Positions 9,955-21,260 are shown, counted from the stretch's first letter. The stretch is DNA of 42,551 nucleotides from Octopus bimaculoides (GCF_001194135.2 NC_068981.1:21372781-21415331); one strand, 5' to 3'. Made by a program: numbers and translations. Notes: a model not told the origin generated them from the sequence alone.

Positions 9955-10182
9955 TAAGGCAGTGAGCTGGCAGAAACGTTAGGATTCCGGGCGAAATGCT
10001 TAGCAGTATTTCATCTGCCGTTACATTCTGAGTTCAAATTCTGCTGAGGTCGACTTTGCCTTTCATCCTTTCGGGGGTCGATAAATTAAGTACTGGGGTT
10101 GATGTAATCGACTTAACCCCTTTGTCTGTCCTTGTTTGTCCCCTCTATGTTTAGCCCCTTGTGGGCAATAAAGAAATAAGAA
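9955..10182 (+). mobile_element. SINE-D, tail type 1 (young)
   Basis: Near-identical to 2638-2865. Confidence 0.9.
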
Positions 10183-10280
10183 ATCTACAGTATCAAATTG
10201 TGTAAATCTTGCTTTACTCCCCCTCTATGTTCAGCACTTCACTTATCCATGTGGGATCTGCAGTCAGTGAGCCATTAGGC

Positions 10281-10380
10281 NNNNNNNNNNNNNNNNNNNN
10301 NNNNNNNNNNNNNNNNNNNNNNNNNNNNNNNNNNNNNNNNNNNNNNNNNNNNNNNNNNNNNNNNNNNNNNNNNNNNNNNN
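10281..10380. other. Assembly gap (100 N)
   Basis: Run of N. Confidence 1.
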
Positions 10381-10886
10381 TAAAAAAGAAAATAAAAAAG
10401 GGAGAAATAAAAAAGAGAGAGAATAAAAAAGTGAGAGAATATATATAAGCACAATTAAAGGTTAATTACCTTTCTATTCTCTCAGTTTATTATATATATA
10501 TATATTGCTATTTTTAATCAATTAACTGTGAATATATTTCCCTTTTCTCTTTACATATTTGTGTCATATTGTGTTTGTTTGCACAAATTGTCAACTTGAA
10601 TGAAAATAGAAAAGAGAATGAGGACATTTCAGTCAGTATTATGTCATAATATGATTATAGTTTTTATGATTAAAGTTTATTACAACAAATCTGAATAGAC
10701 CAGTTTATGTTATTGTGTTGATTATGGAGTGGGTGTGTGGTAAAGTTTGCTTCCCAACCACATAGTTTCAGGTTCAGTCACACTGTGTGGAAACTTGGGC
10801 AAGTGTCTTCTACCATAGCTTTGGGCCAACCAAAGCCTTGTGAGTGGATTTGGTAGATGGAAACTGAAAGAAGCCCATTGCATATA

Positions 10887-12160
10887 TTAGGTTGTTATGA
10901 AAATATTGTCCGATTTTTCCAAAGCATTTTTTCAAATTCGATTTAAAATGTTATTTTTGTAGTGTTTTATATGAAATTTTACATGCTTAATAATTGATGC
11001 GTACTCTTTGATAAATTTTTATTGATTTCTTTCAGAATATAAAATTGGAAGTGTAAAAATCCTTAATTTCAAACATAGAAAAAGTAAAAAATGCATTTAC
11101 TTTTTTACATGAATTCAAGCTTGGACATAATGCTTCCCAAACAGCAGCTAATATCAACAAAGCATGGGGTGAAGGGTCCACTGGTGATCAAATGGGACAA
11201 CAATGGCTTGAGACATTCCATAGTAGGGAAGGGAGCCTTGAAGATCAAGAAAATTGAGAACATCAACCCACCCTTGTTGATCAGAATTTGAAAACAATAG
11301 TCGAACAAAACCCACAACAAAGTGTCAGAGAAAGGTCTCATCTGCTTGGTGTCAGTGTTTCAACAGTATCAGATCATCTGAAGAAAATCAGCAAAGTGAA
11401 AAAAACTTGAGAAATGGGTCCTGCATGACCTCAATGAAAATCAAGGACTTCAGCATTTTAAAGTGTGTTGGATGCTCTCTCTGCAAAACCCTAATAACCT
11501 ATTTCTTGAACAAATAGTGACTTGTGGAGAAAAGTGGATCCTTTATGACAATTGTAAGTGACCAAATCAATGGCTTGATCATGATGAAGCACCCAAACAT
11601 TTCCTGAAACCAAAGTTGCATCAGCAGAAGATTATGGTGACTTTCTGGTGGTCTGCTATTGGTGTCATCCATTACAGCTTTCTGGAACCTAACCAGAGTA
11701 TTACATCAGAAGTTTACTGTAAGGAACTGGAAGAAATGCATGTTCGCTTAAGTAAAATGAGACTTGCACTTGTTAATCGACATGATCCAATTCTGCTCCA
11801 CGACAATGCTCAGGATGACACTGCAAAAGCTCACAGACTTGGGATACATGACTTTATCACATCCTTCATATTCTCCTTATCTTTCACCCACCGATTACCA
11901 CTTTTTCAAGCATTTAGATATTTTTTTAAGGCAAAAAACCTTCTGTTCCAAAACTTAAGTTGAAACTCAATTCAAGGATTTCTTGGCATCAAAACCTTTG
12001 AATTTTTATTGAAGAAGCATAAATGACCTTGTTAATCAATGAGAGAAATGTATAGCTGTTCAGAGATTATATTGTGAATAATTAAACCTTTGCATAAGTT
12101 CAGTTTTTTAAGAATATAGGTTTATTTTTAAAATCAGTCTTTATTTTCTGAACAACCTCA
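10887..12160 (+). mobile_element. Full-length defective mariner (Hsmar1/cecropia-like), 1274 bp
   Basis: TIRs TTAGGTTGTTATGAAAATATTGTCCGATTTT versus reverse complement of the right end, TGAGGTTGTTCAGAAAATAAAGACTGATTTT; TA on the left. Confidence 0.9.
11075..12081 (+). pseudogene. Mariner DD34D transposase pseudogene
   Basis: Motifs KWV(L)HDL, IVTC(G)EKWILYDN, KIMVTFWWSAIGVIHYSFL, ILLHDNA, HPSYSPYLSPTDYHFFKHL; stops and frameshifts present. Confidence 0.92.
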
Positions 12161-12192
<32 letters not shown>

Positions 12193-13058
12193 TGTTTCTA
12201 TCTGTGTCTGTCCCCACCACTGCTTGCCACTGGTGTTGGTTTGTTTACATCCCTGTAACTTAGTTGTTTAGCAAAAGAAGACCAATTGAATAAGTACTAG
12301 GTTTTAAAAAAAAGTACTAGGGTTGATTCATTTGACTAAAATTATTTCTGGTGGTGCCCCAGCATGGTCACATTCTAATGACTGAAACAAATAAAAGATA
12401 TTATAGAGATTCTGGATTTATATTAAAGCTCATTAATTTTACAGCATGTCAGCACTCAATACTATAAATAAAAATATAAATTGACAGTATTCACAGCAAT
12501 ATTTGAAATTTGGTTTCATTCCTCCAATCCTTAATGAGTCAACACTTATGTTTTTTTGTTCTATGAAAAGACATTTGAAGATAACGCAGTGAAGCCTTGA
12601 GTGGAAGCATTTAGACAAGAGAAACATAGAATGTCAATTTTTTAAGATCCTGGAAGAAAAGCTTGGAAAATGTCCAATCTCAATGTAATTTCTCAAGTGC
12701 CAATCTCAATCTGATATTGAACAAAGAATGAAAGCCTCTTGTAATGTTATCTGTAACATAACAAAAGACAAAAAATTTTTTTTTTTTAAATCAGAATGCT
12801 ACATATGATTGGAGAGGATACCAGCTGTGAAAGTAAGTCACAGAAACATTATGAAGAAGTAAAGTAAACCTATTTTTAATATTTTTTAAAGGTTATTTAA
12901 ATAACATCACAGTATAACAACATATTAACAAAATGGTATAAGATATTAAAAAAGACTGTAACTTCAGAGTTTCATCAGCATAAGTTTCCTCATCAGTCAG
13001 ATAAATCAACATTTGGAAAATCTAATACTGTTTTCTCATGGCATATGTAAGGGACAGT

Positions 13059-13444
13059 GGAGGCGCAATGGCCCAGTGGTTAGGGCAGCGGACTCGCGGT
13101 CATAGGATCACGGTTTCGATTCCAAGACCGGGCGTTCTGTGTGTTTATTGAGCGAAAACACTTAAAGCTCCACAAGGCTCCGGCAGGGGATGGTGGCGAA
13201 CCCTGCTGTACTCTTTCACCACAACTTTCTCTCACTCTTACTTCTTGTTTCTGTTGTGCCTGTAATTCAAAGGGCCAGCCTTGTCACACTGTGTCACGCT
13301 GAATATCCCCGAGAACTACGTTAAGGGTACACGTGTCTGTGGAGTGCTCAGCTACTTGCACGTTAATTTCACGAGCAGGCTGTTCTGTTGATCGGATCAA
13401 CTGGAACCCTCAATGTCGTAAGCGACGGAGTGCCAACAACAACA
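13059..13444 (+). mobile_element. SINE-R full length (tRNA-Arg-like head, (CAA)n tail), 14-bp TSD
   Basis: A box TGGCCCAGTGG, B box GGTTTCGATTCC; TSD ATGTAAGGGACAGT (13045-13058) and ATGTAAGAGACTGT (13445-13458). Resembles octopus OR-type tRNA SINEs (from memory, unverified). Confidence 0.9.
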
Positions 13445-13505
13445 ATGTAAGAGACTGTAGTCTCAGTAAAATGTGAGTTGCTGATAATTTTTCTTTGCCA
13501 AATAA

Positions 13506-13834
13506 GTGTGGCTTGTGGTAAGAAACTTGCTTCCCAACCACGTGGTTCCAGGTTCAGCCCTACAATGTGACACTATGGGCAAGTGTCTTCTTCTATAACC
13601 TTCGCCTGTCATGTATGTGTGTGTGTGTGTTTATCCCTCACCACTACTTGACAACCAGTGTTGGTTTGTTTACATCCTAGTAACTTAGTGGTTCAACAAA
13701 AGGGAACCAATAGAATAAGTACCAGTCTTAAAAAACAGGTACTGAACTTGATTTATTCAACTAAAAATTCTTGAAGGAGGTGCCCCAGCATGGCCACAGT
13801 CTAATGACTGAACAAATAAAAGATAAAAGAGATA
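13506..13834 (+). mobile_element. SINE-B1 with internal deletion
   Basis: B head, short TG tract, B1 tail. Confidence 0.8.
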
Positions 13835-13944
13835 GACTATAAGTATTCTAAAGCTGACACAAAGCATGAAATGATTTCCTTGTGTTTGGAGGAGAATTTG
13901 AGAACATATACTACCCCTCTTAAGAATACTAGAAATTGGTACCA

Positions 13945-14305
13945 TGCTTACTTTTCACTCCCTATGAAGCATAGGCCATTGACAATTGTACTCCCTCAGT
14001 ATGAGGTGGGGAGGCACCATATGTTTTTTTTCTGTAAGGGACAGCCTTCTTCTCCCAAGTCTTACTGGTTTTGAAATTCCATCAATGCTTCTGTAATTTT
14101 GCTTTTATTTTTTTTGCTAGGTAGAAATGTTGGTGCTACACAAACTCATTTTTTTACGTCAAGGAAAAAAGGTTTATATATTAACCTGGTTTCTTTCCTT
14201 TGACCTGTCCAGCATGGTAGGCCCTACCATAAGCTTGTGATCCACTGGCATAGCTCTCAAAGTCATTTAGGCACACAAGTTACTATACCACAACAAGGAC
14301 TGAAC
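13945..14305 (-). mobile_element. Candidate internally deleted RTE derivative (5' UTR joined to 3' end), copy 1
   Basis: Minus strand: CCTTGTTGTGG...CTTGTGTGCCTAAATGACTTTGAGAGCTATGCC...TGGTAGGGCCTACCATGCTGGACAGGTCAAA (RTE 5' UTR-like), ending GTCAATGGCCTATGCTTC (VNGLC, RTE C-terminus-like); homologous to 26335-26675. Confidence 0.6.
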
Positions 14306-14380
14306 CTTATGATAGAAGTAGGTACCCTACAGTAGCACAATTCCCTATTGTATCAAGTATACTAAATGTAAGTTTTGTAC

Positions 14381-14756
14381 TGCCAGAGCAGCAGTCTCGC
14401 TTCCGTGCCAGTGGCATGTAAAAAGCACCATTTGAGCACGATCGTTTCCAGCTTCATCTTACTGGCACTTGTGCCAGTGGCATGTGAACAAAACATTAGA
14501 CTGACTCCTGTGCAGGTGGCACATAAAAAGCACCATTTGAGCATGGCCGTTGCCAGTACCGCTGGACTGGCCCTCATGCCAGTGGCACATAAAAAGCACC
14601 CACTACACTCTTGAAGTGGTTGGCGTTAGGAAGGGCATCCAGCTGTAGAAACTCTGCCAGATCAGATTGGAGTCTGGTGTAGCCATCTGGTTTGCCAGTC
14701 CCCGGTCAAATCGTCCAACCCATGCTAGCATGGAAAGCAGACGTTAAATGATGATG
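14381..14756 (+). mobile_element. Family A copy (65-66-bp-unit subfamily)
   Basis: About 3.5 repeat units plus A 3' end. Confidence 0.88.
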
Positions 14757-15107
14757 AATTAGATGCCATACAGAGTTACAGCCACTTTTGATGGCACATT
14801 AATCATGATCAGTAGATACTAAGGTTTTGCTGTTTTCCAAAAGAAAACTCTTAGTACATTGTGATTTAGACATGAGGCCATAACACTCAATGGAGAACTT
14901 TACACTGCTTTAAATCAGTAACACCAATGAAGGAAGTTCTGAACAACTTTTTCATACTGAAGTAAGGTGGATATCTCATGAAGATGACTTACAAATGTAA
15001 GCTGAACTTTTTGATTTAATTGGGGAGTTCCTTAATAATGTTTTACTTCACTGATTTATATTCGACATCTAATAAAGGGCAAATACAAATACAAAGTAAA
15101 TATCTTC

Positions 15108-15198
15108 CTGCTCCTCCTGCTCCCCCTTCTCCCCCTTCTCCCCCTGCTCCCCCTGTTCCTCCTCCTCCTCCTCCTTCTCCACCACGACCGCCACCACT
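15108..15198. repeat. (CCT)n-like low-complexity tract
   Basis: Direct inspection. Confidence 0.85.
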
Positions 15199-15204
15199 TT
15201 CATG

Positions 15205-15420
15205 AGTCATAAAGAATTTATTGAGGCAGATTTTCTATGGCCTGATTTCCTTCATGTCACCAATCCTCACCTGTTTGTAAGAAAGGTAATGTTTACCCTG
15301 TGGCCAGACATGTTTTCTGCTGAAGACTAGAAATGAACAATATTGTTTGCATGATGGAGATGCTCATTTACAACCACCACATGATATCAAAACAAGGGTA
15401 CACCCCCTCACACACATATA
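15205..15420 (-). mobile_element. SINE-B2 tail module
   Basis: TTGAGGCAGATTTTCTATGG...GGCCAGACATGTTTTC...GCTCATTTACAACCAC is the reverse complement of the B2 tail. Confidence 0.7.
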
Positions 15421-15649
15421 TATGCATGGTGGCTGTCCTCTCATTAGACAACCATTGCCATCACTGATAGGTTGACTTATAACTGATTGTTTCAATGAAC
15501 ATGAGATCAGCAGTGACTCGTGAAGCCAGCAAGGGACTTACGGGATTTGCTGCAAAGATTGGTGTGCATAACTTTTTTTTTTTTAGGTTACAGGAAATTT
15601 CAATATCTTTTGAACTTGACATGACTAGATTAAGAAACAGATAAAAATA

Positions 15650-16040
15650 TTTCAGATGTTTTATTTCAAGAGAGTCATTATGTCAAAATAAGCATATGTA
15701 CTAGTTCTATTTCACTTCTTTATTTGTATTTGTTAATTAATTAACTATTTAATCAATTAACTAATTGATTGTCTGATTAATCATTCAGTCAGTTACTCAA
15801 TCAACTAGATTAGTCAAAGTCCTTTCATCGCTATTCATGATCTGATGAAAGACATGCTCTCTCTACTCCTGAAAAACCTAACTGGTTGATTGACTGATCA
15901 AACGATTAATCAAACAATCAATTAGTTAACTGGTTAAATAGTTAACTGATTGATTATAATAAAAGAAGTGAAACAGAATCAGTGTGTGTGTGTGTTTATT
16001 GACATAATGACCCTCCCAAAATGCAATAGAATATGTTTCA
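15650..16040. mobile_element. Foldback/MITE-like element: about 140-160-bp inverted arms around an approximately 64-bp spacer
   Basis: 15671-15812 aligns with the reverse complement of 15877-16014 (GTCATTATGTCAA, TTTCACTTCTTT, TTAACTATTTAA, TTAACTAATTGATTG, TGATTAATC). Confidence 0.8.
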
Positions 16041-16049
16041 ACACATGAG

Positions 16050-16559
16050 TTCACATCAAGAATTTTGAAAACCAAATACAAAAACCAAAATATCTTAGAT
16101 GTCATCTATACAACCCACCTTCAATACTTGAAGGGATATTTAAAAGTTTATTTTGAGGGTCTTACAAATATGAAAATTCCTGATGAGATTGTTTCTCCAT
16201 TCTATACAGAAAGAGAAAATGCAGATGTTGAGAGTAACTTATTAGAGGAATTGAATAAAATGAATGAATGTAAGTCTCGAGGCAAAAGTATTGTTCAAAT
16301 ATGAAGGCTTTAGTGATTTCTAGAGCAATGAAAACACTGCAATCAAATATCCAAATCTTGTGGCAGCTGCTGGCATATATTTATTTGCATTTTCCAGTTC
16401 TTATCTGGCTGAAACTGGATTTAGCTATATAAATGCACTGTTGAATATACAAGGCAATATCAATGAACGCACTGACCTACCACTCAAACTCATGAATTTT
16501 TATTTTGTTATGATATTCATGCTATTGTTAGTGGTCATCAGGCTGATCCATCTCAGTAA
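16050..16559 (+). pseudogene. hAT (Buster/Charlie-type) transposase C-terminal remnant
   Basis: HLQYLKGYLKVYFEGLTNMKIPDEIVSPF, then YPNLVAAAGIYLFAFSSSYLAETGFS...DLPLKLMNF...GHQADPSQ*; matches the hAT dimerisation motif FPTSYLxExGFS...DLRLKL...HQAHPSH. Confidence 0.8.
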
Positions 16560-16760
16560 GAATGTGAACGGAATGTAAACTACTATTAAAATGTATTCTC
16601 CTGTCTCTTTATGCTTTCTTATCTATCTCTACTGCGTTAGTAAGGTAACCTGTCTGATCTTATTTTTGTCTCAGTTGTTCTTGATACTTATATATATTTT
16701 TCTTATTGAGTATACTGTGTCTGCAAAGATATTACTTTTGTTTCTTATTTATTGTAAATA

Positions 16761-18037
16761 TCAAGTCATCCCATAAGTTCTGTCTGAATTCTGAATAAAG
16801 AAAACAAGTGATCAAATGTTATATTTAATTGAAATTTAATCATCAATGTACTTTCCCTGATTATCTATGACTTCCTTCCATCTATTTACAGGCTTTTTAA
16901 TCCCATCCATATAAAATCCTTTTGGTTTCAAAGCAAAGAACTCTGAAATGTCAGTTTCGACCTCCTCCTGGCTTGCAAAAGTTATGTCCCCCAAATGATT
17001 CTGTAAACTACAAAACAAATGGTAGTCTGAAGGAGCAAGGTCAGGAAAATAAGGTGGATGAGGAATTTTTTCCCAACCAAGCTCTTCGATCTTCTGTGAT
17101 GTGATCTTTGCAGAGTGGGGTTGCACATTGTCCTGATGAAACATCACTCCTTTTTGATTCACTAAAGCAAGTCTTTTTTTCTTCAAAGCTTAGTTCAAAT
17201 GCTCTAATTGCTGACAATAGATTGTTGCATTAGGTGGTAACAATTCAAAGTGAATTACTCTTTTGCAATCCCATCAGATAGAGAGAAGAACCTTTTTTCC
17301 ATGAAGTTCCCTTCTCAGTTGTGGTTGAGCTTTTTCCATTTTACCAAGCTACTGTTTACAACATTTAACATTTCAATAGAAGATCCATTTTCTGTCACCA
17401 GTCACAAGTCTATCTAAAAAGAGTGAAATGAGTTCACAAGAATGGAGAGAAGAGCAGATGTCAACTCGGGATTTGTGGTTGCTTTAGGACAATTCATGAG
17501 GCACCCATTTTCCAAGTTTAGGAACCTTTCCAAGTTGTTGAAGATAATGAATAACAGTTGTATGGTTTGAACTAAGCTTTACTGCCAATTCTTCAACTGA
17601 TAATGTAGGATTTTCTTCAAGTAATGCCTCAAGGAGCTTATCATCAAACTCAACTGGATGTCCTGTTCGATCTTCATCTTCAAGGCTGAAATCTTCACTT
17701 CTGAATTTTGCAAACCACCTTCTGCAAGTTCTTTCATTCAAGCATTCTTTCCCATAAACTGAGTGTATGTTTCAAGTTGCTTCGACTTCAGAGTTTCCTT
17801 TTTTTGTACTCATAAAGCATTATGTGCCTCAAATTCTCTTTGGACACTTCCATGTTAGAAGGGTTTTAATCAAAGAAATTTTAATTCTATTATTCTGTAA
17901 AATAATATTTAATTAGTTTAAATGTACACAAATGCATAAAAATAATTTTTCAATTCCATTAGACATTCTAAAATACTATTAAATTTCATTCAATTTTAAA
18001 AAAGGTAAAATCAGACAGAACTTATCGGATGACCTGA
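16761..18037 (-). mobile_element. Full-length defective mariner (second family), 1277 bp, TA TSDs
   Basis: 27-bp TIRs TCAAGTCATCCCATAAGTTCTGTCTGA (16761-16787) and reverse complement of 18011-18037, TCAGGTCATCCGATAAGTTCTGTCTGA; TA at 16759-16760 and 18038-18039. Confidence 0.95.
16836..17853 (-). pseudogene. Mariner DD34D transposase pseudogene
   Basis: ATG at 17853; ERTCRRWFAKFRSEDFSLED, KWVPHELS, FHQDNVQPH, HPPYFPDLAPSDYHLF; premature stop and frameshifts. Confidence 0.93.
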
Positions 18038-18330
18038 TAAACTAGAGCTATCTACAAATTATAATCCATTAATAATCATCTTCTATTCAGATATAATTAA
18101 ACTAGAAATACCAAAAAGGTATTTTATTTTAAAAATATAGAGAAGACCTAAATGAAAAATAAAGTTTATTCACCTATCTGAGAGTTTAGTATAATAGACT
18201 ATCAAATTTTATTAATGATAAAATACAATCTGCAAACAATTCATGTGATAAACATTTTATCACATGCTAGAAATTAAATAGGGATGACTTATTTGAAATA
18301 TGCTTTATATTGTTAAAATTACTAATCTCT

Positions 18331-18534
18331 AAGGCAGCAAGCTGGAAGAATCATTAGCAAGCTGGGCAAAGTGGCATTTCATCAATCTTCACATTCTGAG
18401 TTCAAATGCCACCAAGGTTGACTTTGCCTTTCATCCTTTCAGGGTTGATAAAATAAGTACCCGTTGAACACTGGGGTTGATGTAATTGACCTATCTCCTT
18501 CCACGAAATTACTGACCTTGGGCTAAAGTTTGAA
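18331..18534 (+). mobile_element. SINE-D, tail type 2
   Basis: D head and core, ends GACCTTGGGCTAAAGTTTGAA. Confidence 0.8.
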
Positions 18535-18879
18535 GTCAATATTACTCATCTTTGATTGCAGAATAAACCTTACATTAATGATCTCCCTCTGATTTTTCAC
18601 AATAAAAGTTTAACACTTGAAATATTTGTTTGTCATGCTTCATTGATAATAAAATTATTTTTAAAATGACTTTTCAAATACCATCCATTATTTTTAGTAT
18701 TTGAAAATAGATTATCATTCATATTAAATACATTTTTCAAATGAACACATCGTGTAAACCTTCTTTTAACTCTGCTAAACTATGAGATTACAATTCTATT
18801 TTACTGCGTGTATGATTGGAGGTCAATGAAGACTCAATAAATCTGAGATGTGGTTGACTAATTTAAAAGCTTAAGAACC

Positions 18880-19790
18880 TTTGATCTCAGCCCTCTCATT
18901 TTTTCTTGTCTTATCTCATCTAAACCCTCCCTTCTCTTCTGTCTCCTATAAAAATCTAAATTTTCTCATTTGCCGCTTTTTATCACATCTCTGCATCAAG
19001 ACCTTCTCTACCTTCTTCCTGTGTTCTCTTTACTTCTTTAATCTTTTTCTATTCATCTCCACATCTAGGTCACTAATCTTCCTGTCTCACTTTTACATCT
19101 AGACTCTTTCAAGGTTCTTTTTATCTTCTAACTTTCTCATTTCTATGCCTTGATTTTTCTCTAGTTTCTTTACATGTCATCTTTATGTCTTGACCCTTTT
19201 TAGATTCTTCCAGTTTCATCTCTACAGTTAAACCTTCCCTTATTTTTCTTACCTAATCTTTATATCTCGGACCACTCCAGCTCTTTCCTGTCCCATATCT
19301 ATTGCTAGGTTCTCTGTAGCTTCATCACTAACCTAGATTTTCTCAAGCCTTTCCAGTCTCACCTCTATATCTGTGCTTTCTCTCACTTAATATTCTTCTT
19401 GCTTTATATCTCAGCTCTCTCTATATTCTTCCCCAACCTCTTCCTATGTCATCTCTACAATCAGGTCATCTGTAGCCTCTTGCTGCATACCTACTTCTAA
19501 GACCTCTCTAGGTTCTTATCTCTTCTAGTCTCTTCTCTATGCCTAGTACTTCCTTGCCTTTTCTTATCACTACATCTAGACCCTCCTTAGCCTCTTTTCA
19601 TGTCATAACTACCACTAGGTTCTCTCTAGCTTTTCCATAACTCATTTATAACATCTAGATCTATTTTTACTCCCTTCTTAACATGTATTAGCATCTAGGT
19701 TCTCTCTAGCCTGTTCTTGCTTCTTTTTGGCTCATCTCTACATCTAGACTTTCTTTAGCCTCTTCATGTCTTATCTGTACTTTTTGTTCC
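18880..19790. repeat. Degenerate pyrimidine-rich minisatellite, about 34-49-bp (mode 39-40) units, approximate consensus TCATCTCTACATCTAGACTTTCTCTAGCCTCTTCTTGTC
   Basis: CATCTAG-type anchors at 19062, 19096, 19573, 19613, 19652, 19692 and 19741. Confidence 0.75.
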
Positions 19791-20083
19791 TCCAACCATC
19801 CTGCCTCTTCCTTTTCCACACCCATAATTTCATACATCCTCCATCATAATTTTGTACATCCTCCCTCACCAATGACATCTGACAATCTCTCAGGCAAAAA
19901 CAACTTATGTTTTTCATTCGCTCATAATTGAAACTCAATATTTGGAGGAATCAATACAGTACACAGCTGCTACCAAAATGTGTTTTAGATGAATTTCTGT
20001 ATAGATTCTTAGGGAAGATAAATGTGTTACTATATTTACAATCATGATATATATAGGTATGTGTGTGTATGCACAGTTGTGCA

Positions 20084-20132
<49 letters not shown>

Positions 20133-20145
20133 CACACAAACACAC

Positions 20146-20155
20146 NNNNNNNNNN
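20146..20155. other. Assembly gap (10 N) inside a compound TA/TACA microsatellite
   Basis: Run of N. Confidence 1.
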
Positions 20156-20611
20156 TATACACACATACATACATACATACATACATACATACATACATAC
20201 ATACATACACTCATACATACATGTGTATATATTCTATAGAATGTACAGAATTGAGTTTCTTTTTCTTTTTTGTCCTTAAAAAATTCAAAGTAAACGGAAG
20301 TTATTGTTTCTAAGAAAGAACAACCTAGAAAAAATAATGAGAGGAATAAGAAAATATACTCTACAATATGCAAATGTTGTTTATTTTCTATTTTCTCTTA
20401 CCCTTATTACTAAAAATGTCCTTAATTATAGCATTTTTGGTCAAAATTCTTGAATGTTCTTCAAACATATTGTGATGACTTCAAGCTTTTTTTGAGAACA
20501 ATATAATATTGAGAGTGAACAAATTTTAGAAAAACTCTAGTGGGAAATCAATGACATCTGGAAGATGTGAATCCACAAGTGTGTGTGTGCACATGTGTTG
20601 TGATAGAAGAT

Positions 20612-20988
20612 ACTTGCTTAAGGTTCAGTCAACACTGCAGCACCTTGGGCAACCATCTTCTAATATAGCCCCTTGTAGACCAAACCTTTGTGAATGGACT
20701 TTGTTGGTAGAAACTGAAAGAAAGCCATTACACGTGTGTGTGTGTGTGTGTGTGTGTGTGCACGTGTGTTTACATGTATATATGCACTTGTGTGTGCTTG
20801 TGTGTATGTGCATGTATGAGCGAATGTGTGGGTATGCATATATGTGTGTGTGTGTGTGTGTGTGTGTATGTACATGACTGGATGAGTGTATATGTGTATG
20901 TGCATACCTGAATGTATGTATGTGTATGTTCATGTACATCTGTGTGTGTGTGTGTGTGTGTGCAGATGTGTTTGTGTGTGCATGTGTT

Positions 20989-21021
<33 letters not shown>

Positions 21022-21260
21022 ATGTTACCTTGTCTTAACATCATATGGTAATTGCAAACAAACTTCACCATCATACAGGCAGTGTCATTTCTTGGCAATC
21101 TTCTGTCTAAACACACCCAGTCATTGTGCTGATCATGTCAAAAGAAGTAGGGGAAATATTACTTAGCTTGGAAATAGAAGGGAATTGGTGGCTGGAAGAT
21201 TATCTGGATGTAGAAAATCTGCCTCAAAAAATTTCATCAGACCCATTGCATCCAAGCCAA
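20612..21260 (+). mobile_element. SINE-B2 with internal microsatellite expanded to about 290 bp
   Basis: B head to GAAAGAAAGCC (about 20725), TG tract to 21020, then B2 tail CACCATCATACAGGCAGTGTCAT...GAAAATCTGCCTCAA...GACCCATTGCA. Confidence 0.7.

Larger units (their letters stand above)
10726..12400 (+). mobile_element. SINE-B1 split by a mariner (5' half about 10726-10886, 3' half about 12161-12400)
   Basis: Head ends GAAAGAAGCCCATTGCATATA; after the mariner the sequence resumes with (TG)n and the B1 tail. Confidence 0.85.

Noticed and set aside
13059-13135. tRNA gene
   Set aside because: It has A and B boxes but continues into a 386-bp repeat with tail and TSD, and the acceptor stem is not intact; it is a SINE head.
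15020-15205. Proline-rich ORF
   Set aside because: Produced by a (CCT)n-like low-complexity tract; no splice or homology support.
17770-17790. Same premature TGA in both copies of mariner family 2 (also near 27497)
   Set aside because: CGA to TGA is a CpG-decay hotspot, so independent origin is plausible; it is not evidence of an amplified defective lineage without more copies.
18242-18266. Perfect 11-bp-stem palindrome (and a 12-bp stem at 31614-31654)
   Set aside because: Expected by chance in 42 kb of AT-rich DNA; the second lies inside LINE coding remnants.
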